Shown here: positions 1-44,906 of the stretch, in pieces
Layout: each line of letters opens with the position of its first letter
How positions within the stretch are numbered: position 1 is the stretch's first letter
Source of the DNA: the human T2T-CHM13v2.0 reference genome, Homo sapiens
NCBI RefSeq assembly: GCF_009914755.1
Contig: NC_060925.1
Strand: one strand, 5' to 3'
DNA: 64,000 nucleotides
Program-made: the position numbers and the translations under genes
Notes under the pieces: generated by a model
What the model saw: the letters and a program-made list of their open reading frames with translations, nothing else
Told to the model about the DNA's origin: nothing
Database searches by the model: none

Positions 1-221
1 AGTCTTTTAATCGCCAAAGGGTATTGGATTTTGTCAAATGCTTTTTCTGTGTTTTGAAGTGATCAGGTGGTTTTGTTTCTTCCTTTACTCCATTTGTTTC
101 TTCCTTTACTCCTTTACTCCATTAATATGGTACATTAAACCTGGGAAAACCAAGCAAATACAATGTGGTGAGTAGAACAATAATTTGCTCGAATATTTAG
201 TGCCATTTAAATATTTATTGA

Positions 222-3604
<3,383 letters not shown>

Positions 3605-3631
3605 CCTACATATTCTTTATAAGAAATGTTA

Positions 3632-3701
3632 AACACTATACTTTAGGGATCATTTCTATAGTTTGTTGCTAGGGAAGTTTCTCTGAACATGTACAGCACT
3701 G
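3632..3701 (+). pseudogene. 5' fragment (~70 nt) of U3 snoRNA, fused to a 5'-truncated L1
   Basis: AACACTATACTTTAGGGATCATTTCTATAGTTTGTTGCTAGGGAAGTTTCTCTGAACATGTACAGCACTG closely matches the U3 5' end as recalled (AAGACTATACTTTCAGGGATCATTTCTATAGTGTGTTACTAGAGAAGTTTCTCTGAACGTGTAGAGCACCG). Confidence 0.9.
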
Positions 3702-5350
<1,649 letters not shown>

Positions 5351-5515
5351 TATTTTTTTGAGACAGAGTTTTACTCCATCACCCAGGCTGGAGTGAGTGC
5401 ATTGGTGCCATCTCGGCTCACTGGAACCTCCACCTCCCGGTTCAAGTGATTCTCCTTCTTCAGCCTCCAGACGGAGTTGCTGGAATTACAGGCGCCCGCC
5501 ACCACGCCCGGCTAA

Positions 5516-5761
<246 letters not shown>

Positions 5762-6289
5762 TGATCCGCCCGCCTCCGCCTCCCAAAAGTGCTGAGATTA
5801 CAGGCGTGAGCCACCGCGCCAGGCCTAAAAATTTTTTTTAATTAAAAAATAGATATCCTTCTAGCTCAGAAAAGTTAGCTGATCCCTCCTTTATACTCTC
5901 TTCCTAAGTTCCGTTCATTCTGGTGGCTTTAATTACCATTTATAAGCCAACGATTCCCAAAATAACATCTTCGGTGCAGATCCCTTATAAGGATGACCAG
6001 TCATTAATATTCAGCTTCCTATCTGTTAGTCCCACTCAACATGACTTAGCAAGATCTCAAAATGAACGTGTCCAGAACAGCTCCTACCTTAGCCTACCCC
6101 ATCTCAGTAAATGGCCCCAATATTTATCCGATTGATCAAGTGACAATCTTAGGAATCCTTGACACCGCCCTCTCCCTCAATCCCCATGTCCAATCTACCA
6201 CCAAACCCTTCAAAACAAAACCCAAGTCCACACTCGTTTCCAATTCCATTGCCTTCCACTCTTTTTCAACGCAGCCGCACCCACATCTC

Positions 6290-9675
<3,386 letters not shown>

Positions 9676-9700
9676 ATCCTTGTTTTGTCTTCACCCATGT

Positions 9701-9706
9701 AATAAA
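9701..9706 (+). terminator. RPS8: RPS8 polyadenylation signal
   Basis: AATAAA 25 nt after the stop codon, followed by a GT/T-rich downstream element. Confidence 0.9.
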
Positions 9707-10190
9707 GGTGTTTATTGTTTTGTTCCCACATTTATGTTGCCTGAATATATGACTGTTTTCTCTGCTTTATTTCCTTGCCCTGCAAAACTGATCTGGGTGG
9801 GTGGCTGCAACCCCTTGCCTTAACCTCTGCCTCCTACTGTCCTGAGCCAGGCTCACCACACTGTAAAGTCCCTGTTCTCAACTCCATGTCCCTGAAGGCC
9901 AGATTTATTATGTGGGCTATGTCTATAGTGGGAACATTTCTCACCACATTTTGGTGGGGATAGGGATGTGGCAGAGGCTATGAGGGGGTATCCCAACCTT
10001 GGGGTTCAGCAATATTGTGCTGGCTGAGTCATGATTAGAATCTCAGGCTATATTGCTTATAAAAAATTTTAAGGATCTTGTACCCATTGTAAGATTAACA
10101 GTGATTTCTGCCTTGCTTGGTCTCCAAGGGTCACTTCTTTGACTTAAACTTGCCCTGTCAAACACTTATCTTTAGTCCTGACCTGCCTGA

Positions 10191-14240
<4,050 letters not shown>

Positions 14241-14724
14241 AGAAGGCTCTTTACTTACATCAGCCGAGTGCCCCCAGCGCTGCAGGCCCACCATGGAGAT
14301 GGGCCTAGGCTTCTACCCGTAAACTGTACTTTTTCCCCCTGTGTGGTTGGTGGCAGTGGAGAAGAGCTTGGCACACTGAAGTCCAAATGCTAGGTCTAGG
14401 GTGGGTGGTGGATGGCTGCCTTCACATCTGACTTTAATCAGCCTCCAAGACAGATTCCCAAACCCTTCCTTCATCTTCATCCTACTGCATGCATGCCAAT
14501 TCAATTTTAAACAATTATAACTGCACAAGTAATAAATATATTCTCAATATAAACAAAAACTAAACAACACTTAAACAAAAACTTGAATATATTCTCAATG
14601 TAAACAAAAACTTTAACATTACAAACAAGGCAAAAGTCCCCCAGCACACACTGACCCTTCTTTTGAGTAAGGTTACCAGGGTAAGGTATACCCCTTCAAG
14701 CACGTTTCACATGACTCTCAAATT

Positions 14725-14890
14725 GTGTTTCCTGGACAAGCAGCACAGCATCACCTGGGAACTTGTTAGAAATGCAAGTTATTGGGCGCCATCCCAAATC
14801 TAACGTGCCAGAAATGCTGGGAGTGGTGCCCAGCACTCTTTTGACAAGACCTTCCGTGATGCTGATCCTTCCTTAAGTTTGAGAACCAAT
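14725..14890. mobile_element. MER5A-like hAT DNA transposon fossil
   Basis: CAGCATCACCTGGGAACTTGTTAGAAATGCA...AAGTTTGAGAACCA resembles the MER5A consensus as recalled. Confidence 0.7.
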
Positions 14891-15195
14891 GGCCTAGCTC
14901 CCTGTTGCTGTGAAGCTAACCGTGCACCTGGGCTCTAGTCCTCTATGCCTGGGCTCATTTATTTTTCTAGCTTCACGTCCCCCAAGCAACCGACCTTCTC
15001 TCCCACCAAAGTGGACACATTCCCAGCCCTGGCTCAGGCCCTTTTCGCCATCTTCTCTTTCAAGTTCTGTCCCTAAATGCTCTGGCCTTCAAGGCACACA
15101 GGAAAAGCTGCTCTAATAGAGCTGGCTGGCAGGACCGGGCACGGGAGGGAAGGAGGGCAGTGGGTGGGGGAAACCGGGCGGGGGCAGGCGAGACC

Positions 15196-18100
15196 TCAGG
15201 GCTCCAGGGCCTCGTCCCCGGACTCCGCCGATTCCTCCTCGATGCGGGCTGCGGCCTCGGGGTCGCCGCCCTCCTCCGCCCGGAAGCGCAGCAGATGCGG
15301 GGGGCGGGGGGTGCCTCGCACGCGGCCGAAGTTCCGGAGGCTGATGGCCGGGGAGGGCGCCCCTACGCCCAGGAAGCGGCCGAGCAACGGGGTCTGCGCG
15401 GCGGGCGCGGGCCGACCAGATCCGGGGGACGCCTCCACCTGCAGGCTCTGCTCAGGGTCGTCGCTCATGCTGCGGGCGGGAGGGCGGGCTGAGCCGGGGC
15501 ACAGGGCGGGAGCGGGGACGCGGGATCGGCTCTCGGGGAAGGACCGAGGCATCGGTGCCCCAGAGGCTGAGCGAGGACCCGCGTGCCGGGTCAGGCCCAG
15601 TGCAAGCCACTCACCGCAGGTTGAAGGTGGAGCCCAGGAATGAGGGCCGCAGAGACTCGGCCGCCGTGGCCACAGTGTAGGGTGGCTGCGGCTGGTCCTC
15701 ATCCCAGTACTGGTCCTTCTCAGCGGGGGGAAGGTTCTGGTACATTTCGTCCACGGATAGCAGGGACACCTGGGCCACCAGCAAGTTACAAGGATCCTCC
15801 TCTCCTCTCCTTCCCACGGCCGGGCTGAGAGCTGACCGGGAGAGGGGGCCCAGGAGCTGCCCTGGACTCCTGATCCTGATGCTTGCTCACCTGCAAGTTG
15901 CGGTCTATGAGCTGATTTGTCTCAAAGTCGTCATCATCCTCACCAAATGGGTTGATGATCTGTTCAGCCACCTATAGGTGGCAGAGACAGGGTTTTCTGG
16001 GTTCAGAGCCCCACTCTTTTTCCCCAAAGTCGGGGCAGCCCCTCTGCCCACATCTCCACAGAGCAGGCTGGCATGCCCATCTGCAGTGCCCACCTTGAGC
16101 CAGCCAGCATAGAAGAAGAACTGCAGCAGAGTGGTGAGAGGCACGTACATGTCCGGGTCTCCCAGGGCTGGGGCTGGCTCCTGGCCTGGCTTCAGAAGCT
16201 TCTGAGGTTTGGCAGCCCCTGCCTCTGGCTCCACAAACTGGCGGCCAACCAGGGAGAGGGCAAAGAAAGAGTAGACGGCTATGGTCACCACCTGGAGAAT
16301 GAAGAGCCAGGCTCAGTGCAGGATGCAGCGGGCCAAGGAGAAATGCTGCCCCTGCCTCTGAGGATCTATGGGAAGTCTGACAAGTAATCAAACATGTATC
16401 CTGGTGTGGCAGTACCAGTGGGGACAGGGTCACCTTGTTGGGGGTGGTGGGGGGCTTTTAGGATGAACCCGGTGCCTCAGGGGACTGAAATGGCCAGGCA
16501 AGTACCATCGCTAATTCTTCTCATCTCACACACAGCACAGGACATACAGTAGGCACTGGGACTCGGGAGGGGAGAGGCAGTTACTTGGGTGTAGACGAGG
16601 GGGATGCTGATCCAGTCATAGTGGAATAGCATGCTGCACTTGGCTCGGTACTTGTTCAGCTCCTGGGGGAACAGCAGGAACAGGAAGTCAGCAGAGGTGA
16701 GGAAGGAACAGGGGTGCCCAGCACAAACTAGGCCTGGGCCTGGCCAGGAGGCTCTTTCTCATTCTGCCCTCAGAGGTGTATTAAGATGGGGTGCTTGAAT
16801 CCCAGCTCTGCTAACTAGCTGTGTAACTTAGGCAAATTTCTTTTCTACTCTGTGCCTCAGTTTCCACATCTGTGCAAGGAGGATGATAGTACCTATGTCA
16901 AGAGTTGCTGTAAGGGATGAATGAGTTAACATGGGTACAGGGCTTCCAAAAGGCTGGGGTACACAGCTGATGCCATACAACTGTTAGGTATTAAAATTAT
17001 TATTCATCTTTAAAATTAGAGGGAGGAGGGCAGATGGGTCTGGTCCTGAGCCCACTCACTTCCAAAAGTAGACAGAGAGCGATATCGTCACGTATTCGCC
17101 CGTCCCTCCGGGCCTGGGCCGCCAGGTTGGTGAACCAGACGCAGGGGACCCAGTACTTGTTGAAGTCGGATTTCAGGCTCTCAAACTTTTTCCTCTCTTC
17201 CTGGGACATGAAACCTGAGGGGGTAAAGCAGGTGGGGTGCAGTTGCACCCTCTGCCGCCAGGGGAGGCTGCTGTTCCGCCGTCTGGCTCCCCTCCCTCGC
17301 GTCCACCGGCTGTCCCAGGACTCGCGGTTCCGCGTTCCTGTCGCAGTCCAGACCCTTCCCTGGAGGCCCCTGCTCCCAGGACTCTCCCAGGCGCCACCTG
17401 CATCCGGCTGTGGGCCGGACCCCCAGAGGCTCCCGGCGGGCGGCGCACCTGCGTCCACCACGTGCTCCATGGTGGGGAAGCGCTTAAGCACGCGGGTGCT
17501 GACCGAGCGCAGCACCAGCACGGACGCCAGGTTCGCGTAGCGGATGAGGGTGCGGCGCAGCAGGCGGCCCCGCTGGTCCACGCCGTGCACGCTAGCCGAG
17601 ATGACGCACATCAGCTGGTCTGGCAGCGGGATGCTTGTGTACTGGGACCACCAGCGGTTCACCACGAGAGTCACATAGAAACCTGCTTGGCCGCCGTGAT
17701 AGAGGGAGTAGGAAGGGAGAGTGGAGAGCCTGGGGGTCGGAGCGCCTCACCTCCCCCAGCAAAGGGCCTGGTCCAGGCCAGTTGAATCGTGGCAGGGGGA
17801 AGGAAACATTCAGCTCCAGTGCCCTGCTGTGCGAGGCCAGGAGGAGGGAGGAGGGCAAACTTCCTTCAGCAGAGGGAAAGTGGGGATTCAAAGCCAGGAG
17901 ACTGCTTCCCAGGAGGGTGGGGAAGGGGTTGTCACCTCTGTCCAGCTCCCCTGCAGTGCCCAGGGTGGGCTTGTGAGGCCAGCAGGTGTCTTGTGCCTTG
18001 CTGGAAGTGAGGGTCCGGCAAGTGATAGGGCCCTGCCCTCTGGAAGTCCTGGACCCAGCACCCAGCTCCTGTGCCTGCTGGGCCTGCTCTGGCTGACCAG

Positions 18101-18691
18101 GAAGGCTCTGCCACCGTGTTGAGTAATTCTTTTTTTTTTTTTTTTTTTTTTTAGCAGAGTCTCGCTACATTGCCCAGGCTGGACTGGAACTCCTGGGCTC
18201 AAGCGATCCTCTCACCTCAGCCTCTCGAGTAGCTGAGACTGCAGGTGTGTCACCACACCATCTGTTGGGTAATTCTGACCCTCGGAGCTGTCAACCCAAC
18301 CCAGAGGTCAGGGAACACAGTAAGGGGGACACAGGGAAAACTAGAAGGGAGCCTTACCCAATACAAAGGACAAGGGAATGAGGTCTGCTGAGCGGTTGCA
18401 GTACCGGGCCACCTGAGCATACACGTACCTCTGCTCCTGGGTCAGCAGCAGCCTGGGGAAGGCAGGTGTAGGCTTGGGTTAGAGGGAGGTGGGTGGCCCA
18501 GTCTCCCCACTTGCGCCAGCTCTAAGACCCTGCCCTTACCGGTAGGTGATGCTAAGCACAGCGTACAAGGCCCCAAAGAGGAGGAATTCCTTGTAGAGGA
18601 GCTTGTAGATGCTTCCCCTCCAGCGGAGAAGCAGGCCAGAGAAACCTCCGAAGCGGGCCTCCGCCACTTTGAGAGTGTATGAAACCGTCAT
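15196..18691 (-). CDS. BEST4: Bestrophin-4 Ca2+-activated anion channel, 473 aa, 9 coding exons
   Basis: Exons 18540-18691, 18358-18452, 17449-17682, 17060-17214, 16585-16662, 16094-16291, 15891-15971, 15615-15769, 15196-15469, total 1422 nt. [14 protein letters not shown] start, RFP motif, [11 protein letters not shown] Ca2+ clasp. Confidence 0.98.
16790..16935 (+). mobile_element. MIR (in a BEST4 intron)
   Basis: MIR core TGAATCCCAGCTCTGCTAACTAGCTGTGTAACTTAGGCAA...TGTGCCTCAGTTTCCACATCTGT. Confidence 0.75.
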
Positions 18692-19957
18692 GGTGCTGGG
18701 AGCCTGGGGCAGGAGGTCACAAGAGTTGCCCCCAGGGCTGTCGTTTAGTTCTCCAGACAACCTCCCTTCCACTCTGGTCTCACACACCCCAGCCTTCACC
18801 CTGCGTCAGTGGACAAGGGGGTAGGAGCCTGCAGAGCAGAAAAGTACACCCCACCCCCTGCAGAACTGAGCAGTACATGGGCAAAGCCAGGCTAGAGTTG
18901 GACAAGGTAGAACTGAGATCTGTGTCCCTTCATGCATGAGGCTTCCTCAAGCTCCTCTTCAGCCTGCAGGGCTAGGGATAACCAGATCCTGAACTGCTGC
19001 GGACAAGAGACGCAGCTCCAGCCCAAATCCACTGCTATTCCTTGGGGCCTTGCTTTGGAAGCTGATTAACTAGAACTACCAGGGCCCAGGGCACTCTCAC
19101 CCCCATCCCATACCTGCCTACCTGCTCTGGGCAGCAGCCCGTGTGGAAGATGAACTGGGCTAGACTTCAACCCCCACAGACTTAAGTACCTCTGCAGTCC
19201 ATAAAGTTAGGCTGGACTGAGGCCTATCATTGATGGATTGAAGCTGTCATCCAGCTTCCCCTGGTGCTGGGAACTGGGTGTGTCTCCTTACCCCTGTAGG
19301 GTTGGGCTGGCCTTCGAGTGGCAGAAATGCCAGCTATACTGACCCCACAGCTCACACAGACGACACCATGTCCTTCAAGCCAGTATGACAGGGGTTATTG
19401 TCCCACGTTTCAGGTGGGAAGACAGATGCATGATAAACTGTTATAATAATACCAGCTGCTGATCACAGAGCACTGACTAAGTGACAGGAACCATGCCAAG
19501 GGCACTACTAGGTCATCCTCTCAAGAAATCCTCATCACAGCACCATGAGGTAGGGAATCAATCATCCACATTTCACAGATGAGGCTCCAAGAGGTAAATG
19601 ACTTGCCCGCCGTCGGCCATACAGCTAGAACATGTTGGAGGCAGGATTCAAAGCCAGGGCTGATGGACTTCCAAGGCTGGAAGTGGCCTAGCAAAGGCAT
19701 GAGCTCCAGGACCCATCCTGTGCACTGGCCACACTCCCAGTCTTCTTGTACAGGGGCTTGGGGGCTTGGCCAGGCTCTTCTCCATCCATGCCACGGGGCT
19801 GACAGCCACAGATCTGGAAGCTCAGGCCTAGGAGTGCAGGCTCCGTTAAGCCCTGTGTCCAACATCCTGACTCCTAGGGGTGCCCAAGATTTGAGTGGCC
19901 ACTTTCACCTCTGGAGGAAGTAATACCTAAGGCGCTGATAGAAATAGAACTTCCGCT

Positions 19958-25857
<5,900 letters not shown>

Positions 25858-25927
25858 TTAGATCTTGCTAGACTTGGTGATATAATTAAGAGGCCATTAT
25901 GGGCAGAACTGTGCCCCCTTCCAAAAT

Positions 25928-27722
25928 TCATATATAAATATATATAAATATATATAAATATATAAATATATATAAATATATATAAATATATAAATATATA
26001 TAAATATATAAATATATATAAATATATAAATATATATAAATATATAAAAATATATATAAATATATATAAATATATAAAAATATATAAATATATATAAATA
26101 TATATAAATATATAAAAACATAAAAATATATATAAATATATAAAAATATATAAATATATAAATATATAAAAATATACAAATATATAAATATATACATAAA
26201 TATATATAAATATATATAAATATATAAAAATATATATAAATATATAAATATATATAAATATATATAAATATATATAAATATATAAAAATATATATAAATA
26301 TATAAATATATAAAAATATATATAAATATATAAATATATAAATATATATAAATATATAAATATATAAATAAATATAAGTATTTATGAATATATATGAATA
26401 TATAAATATATAAAAAATATATATAAATATATAAATATATATAAATATATAAATATATACATATATACATATATATAAATAAATAAATATAAGTATTTAT
26501 GAATATATATGAATATATAAATATATAAAAAATATATATAAATATATAAATATATATAAATATATAAATATATAAAAATATATAAAAATATATATAAATA
26601 TATAAATATATATAAATATATAAATATATATAAATATATATAAATATATAAATATATATAAATATATATAAATATATATAAATATATAAATATATATAAA
26701 TATATATAAATATATAAATATATAAATATATAAATATAAATAAATATATATAAATATATATAAATATATAAATATATATAAATATATATAAATATATAAA
26801 TATATATAAATATATATATAAATATATATAAATATATAAATATATATAAATATATATATAAATATATATAAATATATATATAAATATATATAAATATATA
26901 AATATATAAATATATAAAAATATATAACAATATATAAATATATATAAAAATATATAACAATATATAAATATAAATATATATAAAAATATATAACAATATA
27001 TAAATATAAATATATATAAATATATAAATATAAATATAAAAAATATATATAAATATATAAATATATATAAATATATAAATGTATAAATATATATAAAAAT
27101 ATATAACAATATATAAATATATAAATATATAACAATATATAAATATATAAAAATATATAACAATATATAAATATAAATATATATAAAAATATATAACAAT
27201 ATATAAATATAAATATATATATAAATATATAAATATAAATATAAAAAATATATATAAATATATAAATATATATATAAATATATATAAATATATAAATGTA
27301 TAAATATATATAAATATATAAATATATAAATATATATAAATATATATAAATATATAAATATATATAAATATATATAAATATATAAATATAAATATATAAA
27401 TATATATAAATATATAAATATATATAAATATATATAAATATATAAATATAAATATATAAATATATATAAATATATAAATATAAATATATAAACATATATA
27501 AATATATATAAATAAACATATATAAAGATATATAAAGATATAAAGATATATAAATATATAAATATATAAAGATATATAAATATATAAAGATATATAAATA
27601 TATAAAGATATATAAATATATAAAGATATATAAATATAATATATAAATATATAAAGATATATAAATATAATATAAAAATATATAAATATATATTAAAAAT
27701 ATATACATATAAATATATGTAT

Positions 27723-27725
<3 letters not shown>
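25928..27725. repeat. ~1.8-kb AT-rich low-complexity tandem array (ATATATAA/ATATAA variants)
   Basis: Almost pure A/T; source of the spurious 423/438-aa YIF-rich ORFs. Confidence 0.98.
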
Positions 27726-30742
<3,017 letters not shown>

Positions 30743-30949
30743 AAATCCAATTCCCATTCACTTTCTGGCCTCTGGCTGCTGACCCAGGCCCGGGGGTATT
30801 TTCAGAGGAAGGGAATTGCGGACCCCGGAGGAACCCGAAATTTGCCCCTCAAGAGTGTAGAAGTGGGTAGCGGAAGATGTGGCCTGGAGCATGGTAAAAG
30901 CCTTGAAATTCCAGACTCTGCTTGACTCCTAAACCTGGCAAGGCAGCCC

Positions 30950-36832
<5,883 letters not shown>

Positions 36833-37046
36833 GACCCAAGCCCTGAGGCCTGAGGCCTGTGCCTGTCAGGCTCTGGCCCTTGCCTTTGTGGCCTTCCCCC
36901 TTCCTTTGGTGCCTCACTGGGGGCTTTGGGCCGAATCCCCCAGGGAATCAGGGACCAGCTTTACTGGAGTTGGGGGCGGCTTGTCTTCGCTGGCTCCTAC
37001 CCCATCTCCAAGATAAGCCTGAGCCTTAGCTCCCAGCTAGGGGGCG

Positions 37047-37131
37047 TTATTTATGGACCACTTTTATTTATTGTCAGACACTTATTTATTGGGATGTGAG
37101 CCCCAGGGGGGCCTCCTCCTAGGATAATAAA
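37047..37131 (+). promoter_or_regulatory. PLK3: PLK3 3' UTR AU-rich elements and poly(A) signal
   Basis: TTATTTAT(T) at 37047, 37064 and 37082; AATAAA at 37126-37131. Confidence 0.85.
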
Positions 37132-37156
37132 CAATTTTGCAGAATTGGACTCCCCC

Positions 37157-37822
37157 TCACTCGCAGTAGAGCCCGTGGACCGTGGCCACCGCGAAGAGCG
37201 AGGTGTTGGTGTAGGAGACCGAGGCCAGCCCATCGCGCGCCACGTCCCAGAGCGCACGGCTGACCACGTGAACGCCCTGGCCCGCGCGCGGCCCCAGCAC
37301 CACACTGCATACCAGCTTGTAGCGTGGCGGGCTGAGCTCGCGCAGGCGAACGTGCACCTGCTCGCAGAGCTCCCGCACCAGCCGCGCGGCCTCATCGCTG
37401 GAGTAGCACGCGTCGTGCAGCCCTGCGGCCAGCGCCGCCTCCAGGGCACGCTGTGCACGCGCAGCCTCCCAGCGCTCCCCGGGCACTGGCTCCGTGCGGT
37501 AGGAGGGCGCCACCCAACGGGCGGGCGCCAGGGGCAACCCTGAGAAGCTGACCCTTGAGCCCAGAGGGGGCACCGGGCCCAGGGATGGCCGCTGACCCCC
37601 AGGACCCGCGCCTGGCCCGACCAGCGAGTTGCGGCGGGAGAAGGACGCGGCCAGGCCCAGCATGGAGCCCCGGCGCGAGGCCGGGGCTGGACCTGGACCT
37701 GCCGGTCGGGCCTCATCAATGCTGGGCAGGCAGCCTCGGGGCCGCACCGGTGAGGGTTTCCGCCCGGAGTCTTTGGCATTCTCCTCCTCCTGGCGTCCCG
37801 GGGGCAGAGGCCTGCTGGCCAT
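37157..37822 (-). CDS. DYNLT4: Dynein light chain Tctex-type 4 (TCTEX1D4), 221 aa, single coding exon
   Basis: ATG at 37822, MASRPLPPGRQEEENAKDSGRK..., PP1-binding RVSF motif, C-terminal Tctex-1 domain (PRYKLVCSVVLG...ALWD...FAVATVHGLYCE). Confidence 0.95.
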   Translation of the reverse strand: MASRPLPPGRQEEENAKDSGRKPSPVRPRGCLPSIDEARPAGPGPAPASRRGSMLGLAASFSRRNSLVGPGAGPGGQRPSLGPVPPLGSRVSFSGLPLAPARWVAPSYRTEPVPGERWEAARAQRALEAALAAGLHDACYSSDEAARLVRELCEQVHVRLRELSPPRYKLVCSVVLGPRAGQGVHVVSRALWDVARDGLASVSYTNTSLFAVATVHGLYCE

Positions 37823-39974
37823 GGACCTGCTGGCTGGAGGAACCACACTCAGGGTGGCCTTCACCAGGCATCTGTCTACCCACCCCAGCCTCTTGCTCAG
37901 TGATGTCAAGGGTTTTTACCTTCTACCCCCTTCTTACCTGTGTTTTAGAACAAGTGGATCAGATAGTCCCAGGCTGCCTGGGTTCCTAGGTGCTGAGAAG
38001 GTTAAAGGCTGTTAGACACATGAGCAGGGGACAGGAGGCTGCTAGGACTGGGATCCTCGGCTAGTCCTTGCCGACTGAGCTCCTTCTCTGGGCACTATGG
38101 AAGTTAGCCAGGTACGCTCGGAGTCTTAGAGACTGCCATTTCTCCCTTCCACCCGACTTCTCTGGAAGGAGAGGCAGGCCTCTGCCTCAGCCTGGACTGT
38201 GGAGGCAGAGCCTCCAACCCCTAACCAGGAAGGACTGACAGACTCAGCTCCTTCAACCCCACAGATCCTTCCAGCCCTGGGGGTGTTGAATCCAGTCATC
38301 TTCCACCCAGATCTACTCTAGGGTGGCTGGCACAAAGATCTCCCCTACACCTGGCCCAGGCTGAGGGCAGATGACTCATGAAGCCCCCTTCCACCTTCTG
38401 CCTTTGGCCTCTGATCCCACTTCCTCCAGAATCAGTTCTGAGATGGCTGCCCTCTGCTCCCGAAACTCCCTCAGGCACCTGAGTCACCCGCAGGCTTTGG
38501 CTTCTGAGTTCTGTCCTGGCTGCACAGCCCTGGCCCCGCTGGCCTGAAGGGCAAGTGGGAGGGGAAAGACCTGTGTTGTGGAGTTGCCATGGGTTGCTAG
38601 AGCAAACACTCCTCCCTCCCAGGATCCCTCCCTCCAGTCTGGCTCTGGCTTAACCTGAGAGCATTGTTGCTGTGAGCATGTGCTGAGCATGGGGTGCCCC
38701 TGAGTCATCAGGGAGAGCGGCCGACAGGGTCTTGCAGCTTAGAGGCAAACTTCCTAAGCGCAGGCAACAGAGGGGCAGATGTAGAGCAAGGCTGTGGTCA
38801 GAAAGGCTTTGTCCTACCCCAGGACTCTTGAGCCAGGGCCCATTTTCTCCCCTTGTGGAATGGCCAGATGACTGGCCATTCGTGAACAAGTCACAGAGGC
38901 CTAGGTTAGGGGGAGATCTTGAGGCTGCGGGGGTGGTGGCTCAGGAATCCAGAGTCTGGGCCCACAGGAAGGAACACGTCATGGCTCTGTTGTCTCCCCA
39001 TCGGCCTCGACAAGGACAAACATTTCCGCTCCCGGCGCAGAGTTAGGGTGGGGCTTGGATGACTTCCTCAGTTCAGGGCTATGTGCGGGGGAGGGGAGGC
39101 CCACTGGCTCAGCTGGTAGGCACCAGGCCTTATAAAGTGGCAGTGACTCGGCAGTGAACCCCGAGTCCAGCCTCGTGACCTTTGCTGACCCAAGTGTCCT
39201 GGGGCTTGTCCCTAGCTGGCTACACCTCTAGTACCTAGGTTTCCCCAAAGTTACATTTCAGAGATGGCAGAGGCTGTGACACCTCTGCCAGGGCTGACAA
39301 CTCATGTGACTCCTCCTCTGGCAGGGATGGGACTGTCCCCTCCCAAACAAGCCAGGTCGGGGCCCTGACCCATCTATGGGGGCGAGGATTTTCCCTGTTG
39401 AGTGGGGGTTTCCCCGGCCTGGCTAACCGGATCCTGACCCTGTGTGCCTGTGGAGGAGGGAAGGGTTAGGAGGGCAAGGAGTTTGAACTCTGAACCTAGG
39501 GCAGGCTCAGCTTCGGGGGCTAAGACCCTCGTATGGCGCTTAATGCCCCTCTAAGGGCTGAAGTTTTCCCTGGGCCTGCCCGGGAGATGGGTGGAGTCTC
39601 TTCTCAGGCCAGCTCCAGTTTCCATGGAAACCCACAGGCTTCCCACCCCGTCGGCTGCCTGGGCAGACTCCCAGCCAGGGCCTCTTTCGCCGCCGCCGCC
39701 GCCGCCAGCCAGCCAGCTTCTTCCCAGGACCATAGGCCACTCCAGCCTCAGCTTCTCCTGGCCCCCTCCCTGTGTCTGTTCCTGTCCCCGAGCCTCTGGC
39801 CTCTGATGCCTTCAGGAGCTTGGGCCTCTCCTGCTCCACTCCTAAACTTCAGCTTCTCAGCAAACAGGCCTCCCAAGTCCCTGCTTCTCCCTCTCAGGCC
39901 TTGCTAACCTCACCAGCTCTAGGGCCTGGCCAGGCCTCCCAGGCTCCCTCCTCCACCCCAACCCCTTCTCACTC

Positions 39975-44906
<4,932 letters not shown>

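Noticed and set aside
37051-37848. 265-aa alternative-frame ORF over DYNLT4, and the upstream extension of DYNLT4 to 37909
   Set aside because: GC-rich shadow frame with non-ATG starts; the Tctex-1 homology and the ATG support 37822-37157.
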